From Acidobacteriota bacterium (GTDB lineage Bacteria; Acidobacteriota; UBA890; WLXD01), in contig CAXWPH010000015.1 in the NCBI GenBank assembly GCA_963666055.2, positions 1,888,001-1,952,000 on the forward strand: a stretch of 64,000 bases of DNA, written 5' to 3'. This document shows, piece by piece, positions 19,735 to 29,599 of the stretch (positions are counted from its first letter, which is position 1; each line of letters begins with the position of its first letter). A model generated the notes under the pieces. That model ran no database searches. It had not been told where the DNA came from and saw nothing but the letters and a program-made list of their open reading frames with translations. The translations under genes and the position numbers were made by a program.

Positions 19735-20453
19735 GCGATGGTCTGGCCGGGCTCGATTGCCAGCACCTCGACATCGAGACCGCGCTTCTCGCACTCCCGG
19801 CGAAGCTCCTGAGGCGTCCCCGCCAACACCGGCCACGTGCCGTAGTGCATCGGAACGATACGCCGAACACGGAGCAGCTCGCATGCCTTGGCGGCAGACC
19901 GCGGGCCCATGGTGTAGTTGCCGCCGATCGGCAGCAGGGCGATGTCGGGGGCATACAGCTCGGCGATGAGAGCCATGTCGCCGAACACATCTGTGTCGCC
20001 GGCGTGATAGATGCTCGGCCCATCATCGAAGCTGAGGACCAGCCCTGCCGGCACGCCCCCGTAGAGCATTCGATCGCCGTCCTGAATCCCGGCGGTATGC
20101 GTGGCGTGCACCATCGTGATCGACACACCGTCCAGCTGCACGGTGCCGCCGATGTTCATCTCCACGACCGAGTCGGCAGCAATTCCTTGACCGCGGAGCC
20201 AGGCGGCCAGCTCGACGATCGCTACGACCGCGCTCGGGGCGTTTTCGGCGCATACCTGGAGAGCGTCGCCGACATGGTCGAAGTGACCGTGGGTAATGAC
20301 AACGATGTCGAGGCGCTCGAATGACTTCAGCGCATCGGGGCGCCGCGGGTTGCTCATCACGAACGGATCAATGAGCACGGTGTTCCCGGTGGGTCCGGTC
20401 AGCAGGAATGTCGAGTGGCCCAGCCAGGTAATGGTGACGCCAGACGATGACAT
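19731..20453 (-). CDS. UPF0173-type metallo-beta-lactamase-fold hydrolase
   Basis: ITWLGHSTF, THGHFDH, HATH, IYHAGDT, LLPIGGNYTMG, PMHYGTWP. Confidence 0.93.
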   Translation of the reverse strand: MSSSGVTITWLGHSTFLLTGPTGNTVLIDPFVMSNPRRPDALKSFERLDIVVITHGHFDHVGDALQVCAENAPSAVVAIVELAAWLRGQGIAADSVVEMNIGGTVQLDGVSITMVHATHTAGIQDGDRMLYGGVPAGLVLSFDDGPSIYHAGDTDVFGDMALIAELYAPDIALLPIGGNYTMGPRSAAKACELLRVRRIVPMHYGTWPVLAGTPQELRRECEKRGLDVEVLAIEPGQTIA

Positions 20454-20495
20454 TGCTGATCTCCAACCTTGAAGGATGCAGTGCGCGAATCGATT

Positions 20496-21563
20496 CTATT
20501 CGTTCTGCTTAGCCGCACCGAGTCGAATACCAAGGTCAAATGGCAACGGAGTGACCTGTGCTGTGGAGCCGTCGTCGACCTGCACTTCAGCACCCGGATC
20601 GGCGCGCTCCCGGCGCAGGTAACCGAGTCCGATAGGTCCGTGACGATCCGAGATCACGGTGCTTGTCACGTTGCCGGCGGCCCGTTCGCCGCTCGACAAC
20701 GTCGCGCCCGGCTCGACACCCGCCGTGAAACGAAGGCCGCACAGCAGGCGATTGACGTGGCCGCGGTAGTGAATCCGCGCCACCGTCTCCTGTCCCAGGT
20801 AACATCCCTTCTCGAAGTCGATCGCGTTGTCCAGTCGTGCCTCCTGCGGTAGCTCGTTGCCGGTTAGCTCGGCACCGTGCTCGGGCACACCCGCTTCCAC
20901 GCGCAGCACCTCGGAAACGTCGCGACCGACGGGGCGTAGGCCCTCGTGGGCGAGCTCGCGCGCCGCAAGCCACAGTTCGCTGGCATCCGGTTCGGGCAGC
21001 GCGACCTCGAAGCCGTCTGGCAGGCGCCCGGTTCGCAGCGACCGCAAACCACTGCCACAAGCCCGATGAACGAACGTTGTTGGAAGCGCCACTCCGAGCG
21101 CATCGGCAACGGACTGGTGGTCCGGGCCGATCAAGGCGAGAGACACCAACGGGACGCCGTCAATGCGCACCGCGGAGCGCAACACGTAGCGCCGCAGCCC
21201 GTCTACCACGCTCGCAATCACGGTCGCGTCGGATCCGATGAGCACGGCCGTATCCTCCACCCAAAGGTCCAGGCTCGCCTGCACCTTGCCGCGATTGTCT
21301 AGCAGCAGGCCGGGAGCGCCGTCGCCTGGTTGGAGAGCTTGGACATTGGCGGTCAGGAGTCGATGAAGAAACGCCAGTCGCTCATCGCCCGTTACTCGCA
21401 GATAGGCGCGCCATGGTTGCCACAGCAGCGCAGCTCCGTCGCGGGCAGCGCGTAGCTCGCCCTCCGGATCGCCGTACGAGGCGGCGTAGAGCAAGCCATT
21501 GGCCTCGCGAAGCTCCGCCCCGGCAGCCCGCTGCGTGTCTACGAAGGCAGCGGCCAAGCTCAC
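20496..21563 (-). CDS. ygfZ: YgfZ/GcvT-family folate-binding protein
   Basis: VTGDERLAFLHRLLT, LRVEAG, FEKGCYLGQETVAR signature. Confidence 0.88.
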   Translation of the reverse strand: MSLAAAFVDTQRAAGAELREANGLLYAASYGDPEGELRAARDGAALLWQPWRAYLRVTGDERLAFLHRLLTANVQALQPGDGAPGLLLDNRGKVQASLDLWVEDTAVLIGSDATVIASVVDGLRRYVLRSAVRIDGVPLVSLALIGPDHQSVADALGVALPTTFVHRACGSGLRSLRTGRLPDGFEVALPEPDASELWLAARELAHEGLRPVGRDVSEVLRVEAGVPEHGAELTGNELPQEARLDNAIDFEKGCYLGQETVARIHYRGHVNRLLCGLRFTAGVEPGATLSSGERAAGNVTSTVISDRHGPIGLGYLRRERADPGAEVQVDDGSTAQVTPLPFDLGIRLGAAKQNE

Positions 21564-22069
21564 TCGGGCCGCGGCGCAGCCAGACGCAAGACAATGTCCA
21601 CGGTGTCACCGACCTGAACGGGGCCCGCCCGCCCCTCTAGGTCACCCTCCTGGCGACTGAACGCGTCGCCGTCCTGATCGAGCCGAGCGATAATGTCGAG
21701 GTCGCCGACCAGGGGAGTCCCGGGGATCATCGAGTCGGCTTCGGTGATGCTGAAGCTGACCGGCACCTCCGCCGCCATCGGCTTCACCGCCAGTGGCGGG
21801 CCGTCGTCGCGACCCGACACACGCACGATGATGTAGAGGACGCCCTCCGGCACGGGTCCCACGGTCGGGTCGACATTCACCGTCCCCTGTACCCCGGGGA
21901 GGGACGCTACCGACGGGCGCGCGCCGGGCTCGGCGGGTGGTGGTGGCGGCGGAATCGTCGCCGCTTCCTGGCGATCGATGGTCTCGACATTGCGTGACAC
22001 ACAGCCGGCGCAGAGCGCGGTAACGCTCAAAAGCAGCGCCACGACGCAACGACAGCGCAGATCGCACAT
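21560..22069 (-). CDS. lipoprotein with CcmI/CycH C-terminal Ig-like domain
   Basis: Lipobox-like CAG-C, poly-Pro linker, LYIIVR..GPPLAVK..PVSFSITEADSM..ARLDQDGDA..GDLEG. Confidence 0.65.
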   Translation of the reverse strand: MCDLRCRCVVALLLSVTALCAGCVSRNVETIDRQEAATIPPPPPPAEPGARPSVASLPGVQGTVNVDPTVGPVPEGVLYIIVRVSGRDDGPPLAVKPMAAEVPVSFSITEADSMIPGTPLVGDLDIIARLDQDGDAFSRQEGDLEGRAGPVQVGDTVDIVLRLAAPRPE

Positions 22070-22145
22070 GAAGAGTGCCTTCGGGGGTCACGAGGAGGGT
22101 GGACCGATGGTTCGCCGCCGTGCCGATCTTATCCCAAAGTCGACG

Positions 22146-23369
22146 TCAGCCACGACCCACCAATTCGCTGTATAGCGCCAGAAACCGCGCCGTTGCCGTC
22201 TTCCAGCTAAACTGATCGTCGAGTAGTCGACGCCCGGCGGCACCCATTCTCAGTGCGTCCGCCGCCGTCGCGCGCTGCAGCGTTGCGGCCAACGCCGCGC
22301 CATCGCCCGGCGGCACGAGATATCCGGTTCGCCCGTCCTCGACCTTGTCCGGGAGTCCGCCGGTACGCGAGACAACTACCGGCACGCCGTGCGCCATCGC
22401 TTCGAGGGTTACCAGGCTGGAGCCCTCGTAAATTGTCGGATGAACGAACCAGTCGGCGAGAGCAAGCAACCCATGTTTGATCGATTCCTCGACAGGACCG
22501 ACCAGTACGCACCGGCTGCCGGCGCCGCCAGCATGCACGGCGGCCTCGATCATGCTGCGCATCGGGCCGTCGCCAACCAACACCCACGCCCACCTTTGCG
22601 GAAAAGTCGCTGCGGCGCGGGCTAGCGCTGCGGCGAGCACCTCGAAGCCCTTGTTGGGTGCCAGCCGACCGATCGACACCAGCAGCGGCTTGGCTTCGGC
22701 GACGCCGTGAGTTCGTAACAGCGCCAGCGCCGCTTCGACATCGGCCGCCGCGACACACTCCTCGGGGTCGACGGCGTTGGGGATCAGCACCATGCGCCCG
22801 GGGTCCAGCCCCAGGGAGCCTTGCACGACCGGAATCAACGCTCGGTCGGTAACGACAACGCGCTCCGCGGCCGCGGCAATGTAGCGCATGCCCGCCTGGA
22901 ACGGGGCGTAGGCGAGGTTCTTCAGCCACGGAGCGCGGAATTCCTCCATCCCTTGAGTCGTAAGCACCAGCGGCGCGCGCCATCGACCGGCGCGCTTTGC
23001 CGCCGCAGCTCCGAGCCCGCCCAAGCCATGCACGTGCACGATATCGCCGGGGTCGACGATCGCATGGGCCACGCGTCGTGCCCACAGCGGGTAGTTAGTG
23101 ATGCGGTCAAGCACCACGGTTCCCTTGCTCATGCCGATCGGCAGCGATCCTCGACGCACCCACCGAATCTCGGCGGACGGACTCAACGCGTGCTCGGCCT
23201 CGCGCTGCCGCTCGGGATCGCGCGGTTCCTCACTCCACAGCGTGATCTCGACCCCGGCGCGGGCGAGCTGCACGACTTGATCATGAACGTGTCGCTCCAG
23301 CCCGCCCGGACCGTGGGCAGGATGTACCCGGCGCGTGATAATCGTCAGCCTGAGCGGGATGTCAGTCAT
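22146..23369 (-). CDS. glycosyltransferase family 4
   Basis: GGLERHV, IPNAVD, GRLAPNKG, GDGP, EGSSLVTLEAMAHG (EX7E). Confidence 0.92.
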   Translation of the reverse strand: MTDIPLRLTIITRRVHPAHGPGGLERHVHDQVVQLARAGVEITLWSEEPRDPERQREAEHALSPSAEIRWVRRGSLPIGMSKGTVVLDRITNYPLWARRVAHAIVDPGDIVHVHGLGGLGAAAAKRAGRWRAPLVLTTQGMEEFRAPWLKNLAYAPFQAGMRYIAAAAERVVVTDRALIPVVQGSLGLDPGRMVLIPNAVDPEECVAAADVEAALALLRTHGVAEAKPLLVSIGRLAPNKGFEVLAAALARAAATFPQRWAWVLVGDGPMRSMIEAAVHAGGAGSRCVLVGPVEESIKHGLLALADWFVHPTIYEGSSLVTLEAMAHGVPVVVSRTGGLPDKVEDGRTGYLVPPGDGAALAATLQRATAADALRMGAAGRRLLDDQFSWKTATARFLALYSELVGRG

Positions 23370-24612
23370 CCTGGCTCTCCCGCACAGCGCGCTCATAGAG
23401 TTCCCTGATCCGCGGACCCACTACCGTCGGCGCGAATCGTTGCCGAGCGCTCGAGAGCGCCGCCGCGCCAACGCGCCCCCGAGTTTCCTTATCGGCGACT
23501 GCGACAAGGGCCGCGGAGAGGTCTGCGAGGTTGCTGAACAGCCAGCCGTCGACGCCGCTGGCGATTACCTCTGGACTGCCGCCCGTGGCTCGGGCGATGA
23601 CCGGGGTACCCACCGACATCGCCTCGAGAATCACTCGCGCCAGGGGCTCCTCCCAGGCGCTCGGCAGCACTACGGCCTTCGCGGCACGCATCAATCGAAG
23701 GGTCGCCACCTCCTCGGTCCAGCCGACCAGACGAAGGTCAATCCCCCGGGTTCGGGCGCGCTGGCGCATTTGCCGCTCGGCGGGCCCGGCTCCGGCCACC
23801 ACCAGCGGCCAAGAACAACCTGCGTCGGCGAGCTCGTCGACGACCCGATCGAACCCTTTGGCGGCGTTCAGCTTCCCCACCGCCAACAGGTACGCATCCG
23901 GGAGCGAGGCGCCAACGTATGCCGAACTGACCAAGCGCGCCGAACGATCTGGATCGATGATATTCGGCAGCACTACGACGCGCGCCGCGAGGATCGACAG
24001 GCGCTGCTGCACCGCGGCGCTCACCGCGATCACACCATGCGCTCGTGACACCATGGCTTGCCGGGCGCGCAGCCTGCGGTGCCCCCAGCCGGCGAGAGTT
24101 GCCGCCAGTGGCCATGGCAAGCCGGTCAGTCGGGCGATCTGTTCGGGCATCGTTGCGCCGGTGCCGTCAGCCCATACGACCCCGTCGAGCTGTACGGGCC
24201 AGTAGTCGCGCACGGTGATCAGCGCTGCCCGACCGGCGGCTAACGCCGCCGCGATCGCCCCCGGGCCACTGTGAAGGTGCTGGCCGTGAACGACGTGGAT
24301 CTCCGGGCGGGCCCGGATCCTCGCCGCGACCGCGGCGCGTACCGGGTCGAACGAGTAGTCATTGGCGCCCAGGCGCCGACGAAGCGTTCGAGCCGCCCCG
24401 ATGGCGACGCGCCGAACTGAGATGCCCTCATATTCGCGGACTTCGCTTCGCCCCGAGCGACTGTCGACCTCGAGCACCTCGACCGCGTAGCCCGAAGCCG
24501 CCAAGGACTGCGCCAGGGCATGGGTGCTCCAGCCGCTACCGCCACAACCCGGCGGGTACGCGTCGGTGACCAACAGAACGCCCGGGGACATTCGCCGTCC
24601 GCCGTTTGTCAT
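23362..24612 (-). CDS. glycosyltransferase family 4
   Basis: YPPGCGGSG, GKLNAAKG, EPLARVILEAMSVG. Start moved to ATG 24612 (ATGA overlap). Confidence 0.9.
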   Translation of the reverse strand: MTNGGRRMSPGVLLVTDAYPPGCGGSGWSTHALAQSLAASGYAVEVLEVDSRSGRSEVREYEGISVRRVAIGAARTLRRRLGANDYSFDPVRAAVAARIRARPEIHVVHGQHLHSGPGAIAAALAAGRAALITVRDYWPVQLDGVVWADGTGATMPEQIARLTGLPWPLAATLAGWGHRRLRARQAMVSRAHGVIAVSAAVQQRLSILAARVVVLPNIIDPDRSARLVSSAYVGASLPDAYLLAVGKLNAAKGFDRVVDELADAGCSWPLVVAGAGPAERQMRQRARTRGIDLRLVGWTEEVATLRLMRAAKAVVLPSAWEEPLARVILEAMSVGTPVIARATGGSPEVIASGVDGWLFSNLADLSAALVAVADKETRGRVGAAALSSARQRFAPTVVGPRIRELYERAVRESQDD

Positions 24613-25997
24613 CCGCCCCCGCCTGGCGCATTCTCGACCAGCGACCAGCGATCGGTAAAGAACCGCCAAGCCACACCGGCGGTACGCTGTGGCACACGCA
24701 CGAGCTGGTTGAGCACGATCGTTCGCATGGCGACCGGCTGGTCGCGCGGGATCATGCCGGTGGCGTACTGCAGCGCCAAGCCGAAGTTCCAGACGATCAG
24801 GGCGGCCAGCGCGACGGCAATCCATCGACGCCCCACCGACACTCGCTCGACCAGGGCCGCCAGCCCCAGCGCAAAGACCGGAACGAAGTTGATGAACCGC
24901 CGCGCACCGAACGAGGCGCCGCCAGCCCAGGTGGCATAAGAACCGACCACCAAGACCTGCGCCAGGAATGCCGCCGCCATTCCGCTTGCCAGCACCGGGT
25001 GCTTGCGACCGAAGAACCACAGTCCCGCCGTGCCCATCAAGGTGATCGGGGTCCACGAGTAGAGCCCGTGGAAGCCGGAAAAGAGGACCTCCAGAGCGTG
25101 GCGCGGATAGAGGGCGAACTTGTCGAGGACAAACGGGCTCGGGCTGAAGTTGCCATGCAAGGCCCGGTACACGAGAAGTTGCGGTGCGACGACTACGCCG
25201 ACGGCGATCGTCAAGAGGGCCACGCCCCGCATTCGTTGCAGGGCGGCGCGGGGCCCCTGCCGCCGCACATCTGACAGCAGCCTGTAGCCCTCGTCCACCG
25301 CCGGCGGGATAAACAGCAGCCAGTTCAGCTCCCGCACCAGCACCATCAGACCACCGGCGGCGCCGAGCGCCAGCCACTGAAGAGGCGAGCGGTCAGAGCG
25401 GGTGCGCAACCAAATCCACAGAAACAGGGCAACCGCGAACAGCGAGCTAGCGTGCGCCATCGGCGGGGTAATGTACAAATAGAAGACCAGCGTCGAGGCG
25501 AACCACATACCCAGGACGGCGAAGCGCGAGGCCCGAACGCCGTAAAATCGCCGGCAGATACGGTAGGTCAGCGCCAGCCCGAATAGGCCCCAGAACAGCG
25601 AGCCGACGCAGACCCCCCAGACGTGGATCGCGCCGTAGCCGCTGCGGTCCACGTCAGCGCCGACGGTGCCAGCAACCACGGCGACAAGATCGGCAACGAC
25701 GTAGAAAGGCAACCACAAGACGGCGGTGCCGATCGGCGCATCGTTGAGCCGACGACCGGTGACGGTGGGGGAATCGCGCAGGTTGTGAAGCCAGGCGTTG
25801 CCCACCGGGTCACGGCGCAGGAGTAGATCGTAGTCGTTGAAGTAGTCCACGTCGCCGTCGAAATACGCCGAGCGCAGGTGGGTGATGTATTTGATCTCAT
25901 CGGCTCCGTACAGCCGCGGCGTGAACAGTGGCAGGGCGACCATGGCAGCGAGGATTAACGCGGCCCACTCACGACGCCAGGAGTACGAATCGGACAT
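24609..25997 (-). CDS. multi-pass membrane GT-C-fold (PMT/ArnT-like) glycosyltransferase
   Basis: First-loop ADEIKY acidic motif, many TM helices, WAGGASFGARRF motif. Confidence 0.75.
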   Translation of the reverse strand: MSDSYSWRREWAALILAAMVALPLFTPRLYGADEIKYITHLRSAYFDGDVDYFNDYDLLLRRDPVGNAWLHNLRDSPTVTGRRLNDAPIGTAVLWLPFYVVADLVAVVAGTVGADVDRSGYGAIHVWGVCVGSLFWGLFGLALTYRICRRFYGVRASRFAVLGMWFASTLVFYLYITPPMAHASSLFAVALFLWIWLRTRSDRSPLQWLALGAAGGLMVLVRELNWLLFIPPAVDEGYRLLSDVRRQGPRAALQRMRGVALLTIAVGVVVAPQLLVYRALHGNFSPSPFVLDKFALYPRHALEVLFSGFHGLYSWTPITLMGTAGLWFFGRKHPVLASGMAAAFLAQVLVVGSYATWAGGASFGARRFINFVPVFALGLAALVERVSVGRRWIAVALAALIVWNFGLALQYATGMIPRDQPVAMRTIVLNQLVRVPQRTAGVAWRFFTDRWSLVENAPGGGG

Positions 25998-26083
25998 TGG
26001 CGGATCCGGGGGCGACAGGCGCCGTCCGCTGGCGCAGGTGAATGGGCGCGCAAGCCCGGTCAAGGCGGGCGCGGCGGCCCTGA

Positions 26084-27256
26084 TTATATCGCGCTGCGAA
26101 TCGTCTCCAGCAGTTCGTCCGAGCCCCGCTGCCATGAGAAACGCGACGCCACCAAAAGGCGTCCTGCTGCCCCCATTTGACGCGCCTTGGCCGGCGAGGA
26201 AAGAACCTCTTCAATCGCGGCGGCAATCGCTTGCGCATTCGCATCGACCAGGCGTCCGGTGCGGCCGTCGTCGACGTTGTCGACAACTCCGCCCTCCGCC
26301 ACCGCGACGACCGGCAGCCCGCAATAGGCAGCTTCAGCAACCGTCAGCCCGAGCGACTCCTGGCGCGCCGCGTGCACGTAACACAACGCCGTACAGTATT
26401 GATGCGGCAGCTCGTCGTCCGGAACGAACCCCGCAAACTGCACGCGTTCTTGTAGGCCAAGCTGCAGCGACAGCGTCTCGAGGCGCGCTCGCTCAGGCCC
26501 ATCGCCCACCACTAGCAGCGTCGGCGGCGTTCGTTCATCGCCGATCGGATGAGTGAGAAACGCCAGAGCCCGCAACACCAGGTCGACCCGTTTGCGCGGG
26601 TGCAGGGTGTTGACCGTCAGGAGGCTGTAACGTGGTGCGGCGGCCGTGGCCCGGGCGACGTCGAGCGCCGCGTGATCAAGCCCATTTGTCAACGCTTGAG
26701 CGCCGCGACCGTAGACCGAAGCGATACGGCCAGCGGAATAGGGTCCCGCCGTGGTAATGGCGTCGACAGCACGAACGAACCACCTGTCGACGGGACGGTA
26801 CAGCGCGATCAGGGGGGCGAGCAGGAACCGCATCGCACCAACCCTGCGTAAGATGCTGGCGCGATCCTGATACAGAACGCGCGGTGGCTCGAAGCAGTGG
26901 TAGATCACCGGGCCACGCCAGCGGGGCAGGAGTTTCAACAGCGCGGCAATCGGAAGCGACGGCCCGCCGCACAGCACATGGGCGTCAGCATCGCGCTGCA
27001 TGTGACGCAGCAGCGCAGGAGATCGCAGGTACTCTGCCAGGGCGTTCATGTAATGACTGTGCCACCAGTCGAGGCGCGCGCCCGACACCGCCAACGTGAC
27101 ACCTGGCGCCACGAGTGCTTGGCACGACTCATCGAATTGGTGGCAGACGACACGCACGCGATGGCCGTGGTGCGCCAGGCCGGCGGCCCACTCCAGCAGC
27201 GACCGCTCAGCCCCCGACAGGCTCTTGAACCGCGGGAAGACTATGTCGATGTGCAT
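26084..27256 (-). CDS. glycosyltransferase family 4
   Basis: SGAERS, HPRKRVD, GDGPER, ESLGLTVAEAAYCG. Confidence 0.9.
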   Translation of the reverse strand: MHIDIVFPRFKSLSGAERSLLEWAAGLAHHGHRVRVVCHQFDESCQALVAPGVTLAVSGARLDWWHSHYMNALAEYLRSPALLRHMQRDADAHVLCGGPSLPIAALLKLLPRWRGPVIYHCFEPPRVLYQDRASILRRVGAMRFLLAPLIALYRPVDRWFVRAVDAITTAGPYSAGRIASVYGRGAQALTNGLDHAALDVARATAAAPRYSLLTVNTLHPRKRVDLVLRALAFLTHPIGDERTPPTLLVVGDGPERARLETLSLQLGLQERVQFAGFVPDDELPHQYCTALCYVHAARQESLGLTVAEAAYCGLPVVAVAEGGVVDNVDDGRTGRLVDANAQAIAAAIEEVLSSPAKARQMGAAGRLLVASRFSWQRGSDELLETIRSAI

Positions 27257-27275
27257 CGGCTGCACTTCGCCTGCC

Positions 27276-28511
27276 TCAGACACGAGCGGCTCGATAGATT
27301 CGCTCGAAGGATTTGGCGATCCGCGTCCAATCGAGCTCGGCCTCGGCATTGCTACGGGCGCGAGTTGCTACCTCCCGACGCAATTGCGAATCACCGAGCA
27401 GGCGCATGAGAGCAAACGCCAGCGCTGTGGCATCGCGCTCCGCGACGAGCAGACCGTTCTCGCCGTCGACAACCACGTCGGGAATTCCCGCGACGGCGCT
27501 GGCAACTACCGGGGTGCCACTCGAGAGCGCTTCCATAAGCGTGTTCGGCAGGCCGTCGACGTTGCCAGAGGGGCCGTGTACAGACGGTACGACGACCGCC
27601 TCAGCGGCGGCGAAATAGCTCGGCAGCTCGAGGTGCGGAACGGATCCCGCAAACACTACTCGTGAGGCCACGCCGGCGCGTTCTGCCTGCTCCCGCAGTT
27701 CCCGTTCGAGCGGCCCGGCGCCGACGATCAGCGCTCGTGCCTCGGGCTGTGCGGCGAGCAATCGTGGCATGGCTTCGATCAACACGTCGAAGCCTTTCTT
27801 GTAGACCAGTCGGCCGACGGCCAGCACCCACGGGGCGGCGGCGGGCAGATCGTGCCGAGCTGCTAGCTCCCGCCGCACCGCCTGACGCTCTGGCATGTCG
27901 AGCGGCGCGAAGCGCCGTGTATCAACGCCGTACGGAAGGCGCTGTGGGTTGGGGCCCTCGCCGATCGCTGCAACGCGGCTGACCAGGTCGGCCGAGCATG
28001 CGGTGACCGCAGCGCTGCGCGCCAGCGCGTACGCGGCCAACCGACGCACCCAGGAGAATCGCTCGGCGAGGAACACGCCGCTGCCGTGGCACGAGATCAC
28101 CATCGGCGGGCCATTGGCTCCCCGGGCGGCCGCGACGATCGGCGCGTTCGGAACCAGCCAGTGAGCGTGCAGCAGATCGTAATCGTGCTGAGCCCGCAGA
28201 CGGCAGATGGCGCGCCAGGCGGTCAACGCAGCGGGAATCGCCGCCACATAGGCGTCGGGTCGCAATCGCCGATCTGCGGAGAGCGCTTGCGCGTAGCCCC
28301 AGGGGTGCCATCTCCGGGTGGGCGTGTAACGAAACGCCCGCAGCTTCACGTCCGAGTCGGGCCTCTCGAGTTGCAGGTCCGGATGCCATGGCAGCAACAC
28401 ATCAATGTCATGCCCTAGGCGGGCGAGCCCCTCGCAGATTTCCTGCACGAAGACGGCGTTGCTATCGCCTGCATGCAGCGGATAGGTAGTGGCGAGATGA
28501 AGGACGCGCAT
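27276..28511 (-). CDS. glycosyltransferase family 4
   Basis: HAHWLVP, PYGVD, GRLVYKKG, DGLPNTLMEALSSG. Confidence 0.92.
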   Translation of the reverse strand: MRVLHLATTYPLHAGDSNAVFVQEICEGLARLGHDIDVLLPWHPDLQLERPDSDVKLRAFRYTPTRRWHPWGYAQALSADRRLRPDAYVAAIPAALTAWRAICRLRAQHDYDLLHAHWLVPNAPIVAAARGANGPPMVISCHGSGVFLAERFSWVRRLAAYALARSAAVTACSADLVSRVAAIGEGPNPQRLPYGVDTRRFAPLDMPERQAVRRELAARHDLPAAAPWVLAVGRLVYKKGFDVLIEAMPRLLAAQPEARALIVGAGPLERELREQAERAGVASRVVFAGSVPHLELPSYFAAAEAVVVPSVHGPSGNVDGLPNTLMEALSSGTPVVASAVAGIPDVVVDGENGLLVAERDATALAFALMRLLGDSQLRREVATRARSNAEAELDWTRIAKSFERIYRAARV

Positions 28512-28558
28512 CGGCCGGCTCTAACCGGTGACGTCCGACGTTGCAGCGCGCGACGGGC

Positions 28559-29599
28559 TCAGGGGTCATCTCCGACATGCCGCAGGGCTGTCCGGGCGCT
28601 GGGCTCCGCGCTCGCGACCCGTACCCCCGGCAAGTCGGTCACGGAAGCCCGTTCGCGCCGTTCGACGTCGCTACGTCGCTGTCGGTACAACACTTCTTCG
28701 ATCAGCTTACGGTTGGCGGCCTGTAGATCCGCCAGCACCCCCATGCTCATGGTTTGGAAGCCGACGATGGCCAAGATCGCCGCCAGAATCAACGACTGAA
28801 CATTGCCGGCGCCAGCGTCGACGAACAAGTATCTGTACAGGAACCTAAGGCCGATTACGATCGCGACCCCGACGAACAACGTGCCGGCGTAGAAGAACAC
28901 CTTCAACGGCTGATACATGGAGTAGGCACGAGCCATGGTCGCAGCGGCGCTCTTCACGTAAACGAACGTGGAGCTCGCCAGCCGCGATGCACGTGGCGTG
29001 TGGCGCGCTTTGATGGGGATATCGGCGATCCGCAGGCGTCGGGTTCCGGCCTGGATCAAGGTTTCCAGGGTGTAGCTGAAGTCGCTAATCACGTTGATGC
29101 GCAGCGCCGCTTCACGGCTGTAGGCGCGAAAGCCGCTGGTGGAATCGGCCACGGTAGTGCCGGATAGCCGTCGCATCGACCAAGACCCCAGGCGCTGCAG
29201 CAACCGTTTTCCCAGCGAAAAATGACCTATGGTGCCCGGGTCACGATCGCCCACCGACATGTCCGCTTCGCCGGCGAGGATGGGCGCCACGAGGCGCGGT
29301 ATGTCGGCGCCGTCGTACTGGTTGTCGCCATCCGTGTTGACGATGATGTCGGCACCGGCCCTTAGTGCCGCGTCGATTCCTGCCTTGAACGCCCTCGCCA
29401 AGCCTTGCTGCTGGCTGAAGCGCAACACAGCATCGGCGCCGTTGGCCAGCGCCACGTCCCCGGTGTCGTCGTCGCTGCCGTCGTCGATTACCAGAATCTC
29501 GACCGTGTCCAAGCCCTCGACGTGCCGCGGGATGGCGGACAGGGTCTCGGCCAGCGTGGTGGCCTCGTTGTGGCAGGGGATCTGGACGATCAGCTTCAT
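28559..29599 (-). CDS. glycosyltransferase family 2, polyprenol-phosphate glycosyltransferase (DPM1/GtrB-like)
   Basis: IPCHNE, IDDGSDD, NTDGDNQY, DSTSGFRAY and two C-terminal TM helices. Confidence 0.9.
   Translation of the reverse strand: MKLIVQIPCHNEATTLAETLSAIPRHVEGLDTVEILVIDDGSDDDTGDVALANGADAVLRFSQQQGLARAFKAGIDAALRAGADIIVNTDGDNQYDGADIPRLVAPILAGEADMSVGDRDPGTIGHFSLGKRLLQRLGSWSMRRLSGTTVADSTSGFRAYSREAALRINVISDFSYTLETLIQAGTRRLRIADIPIKARHTPRASRLASSTFVYVKSAAATMARAYSMYQPLKVFFYAGTLFVGVAIVIGLRFLYRYLFVDAGAGNVQSLILAAILAIVGFQTMSMGVLADLQAANRKLIEEVLYRQRRSDVERRERASVTDLPGVRVASAEPSARTALRHVGDDP

Noticed and set aside
24613-25377. upstream extension of the 671-aa GT ORF (apparent fusion)
   Set aside because: Off-frame overlap with the GT-C gene; Arg/Gly-rich and not protein-like.
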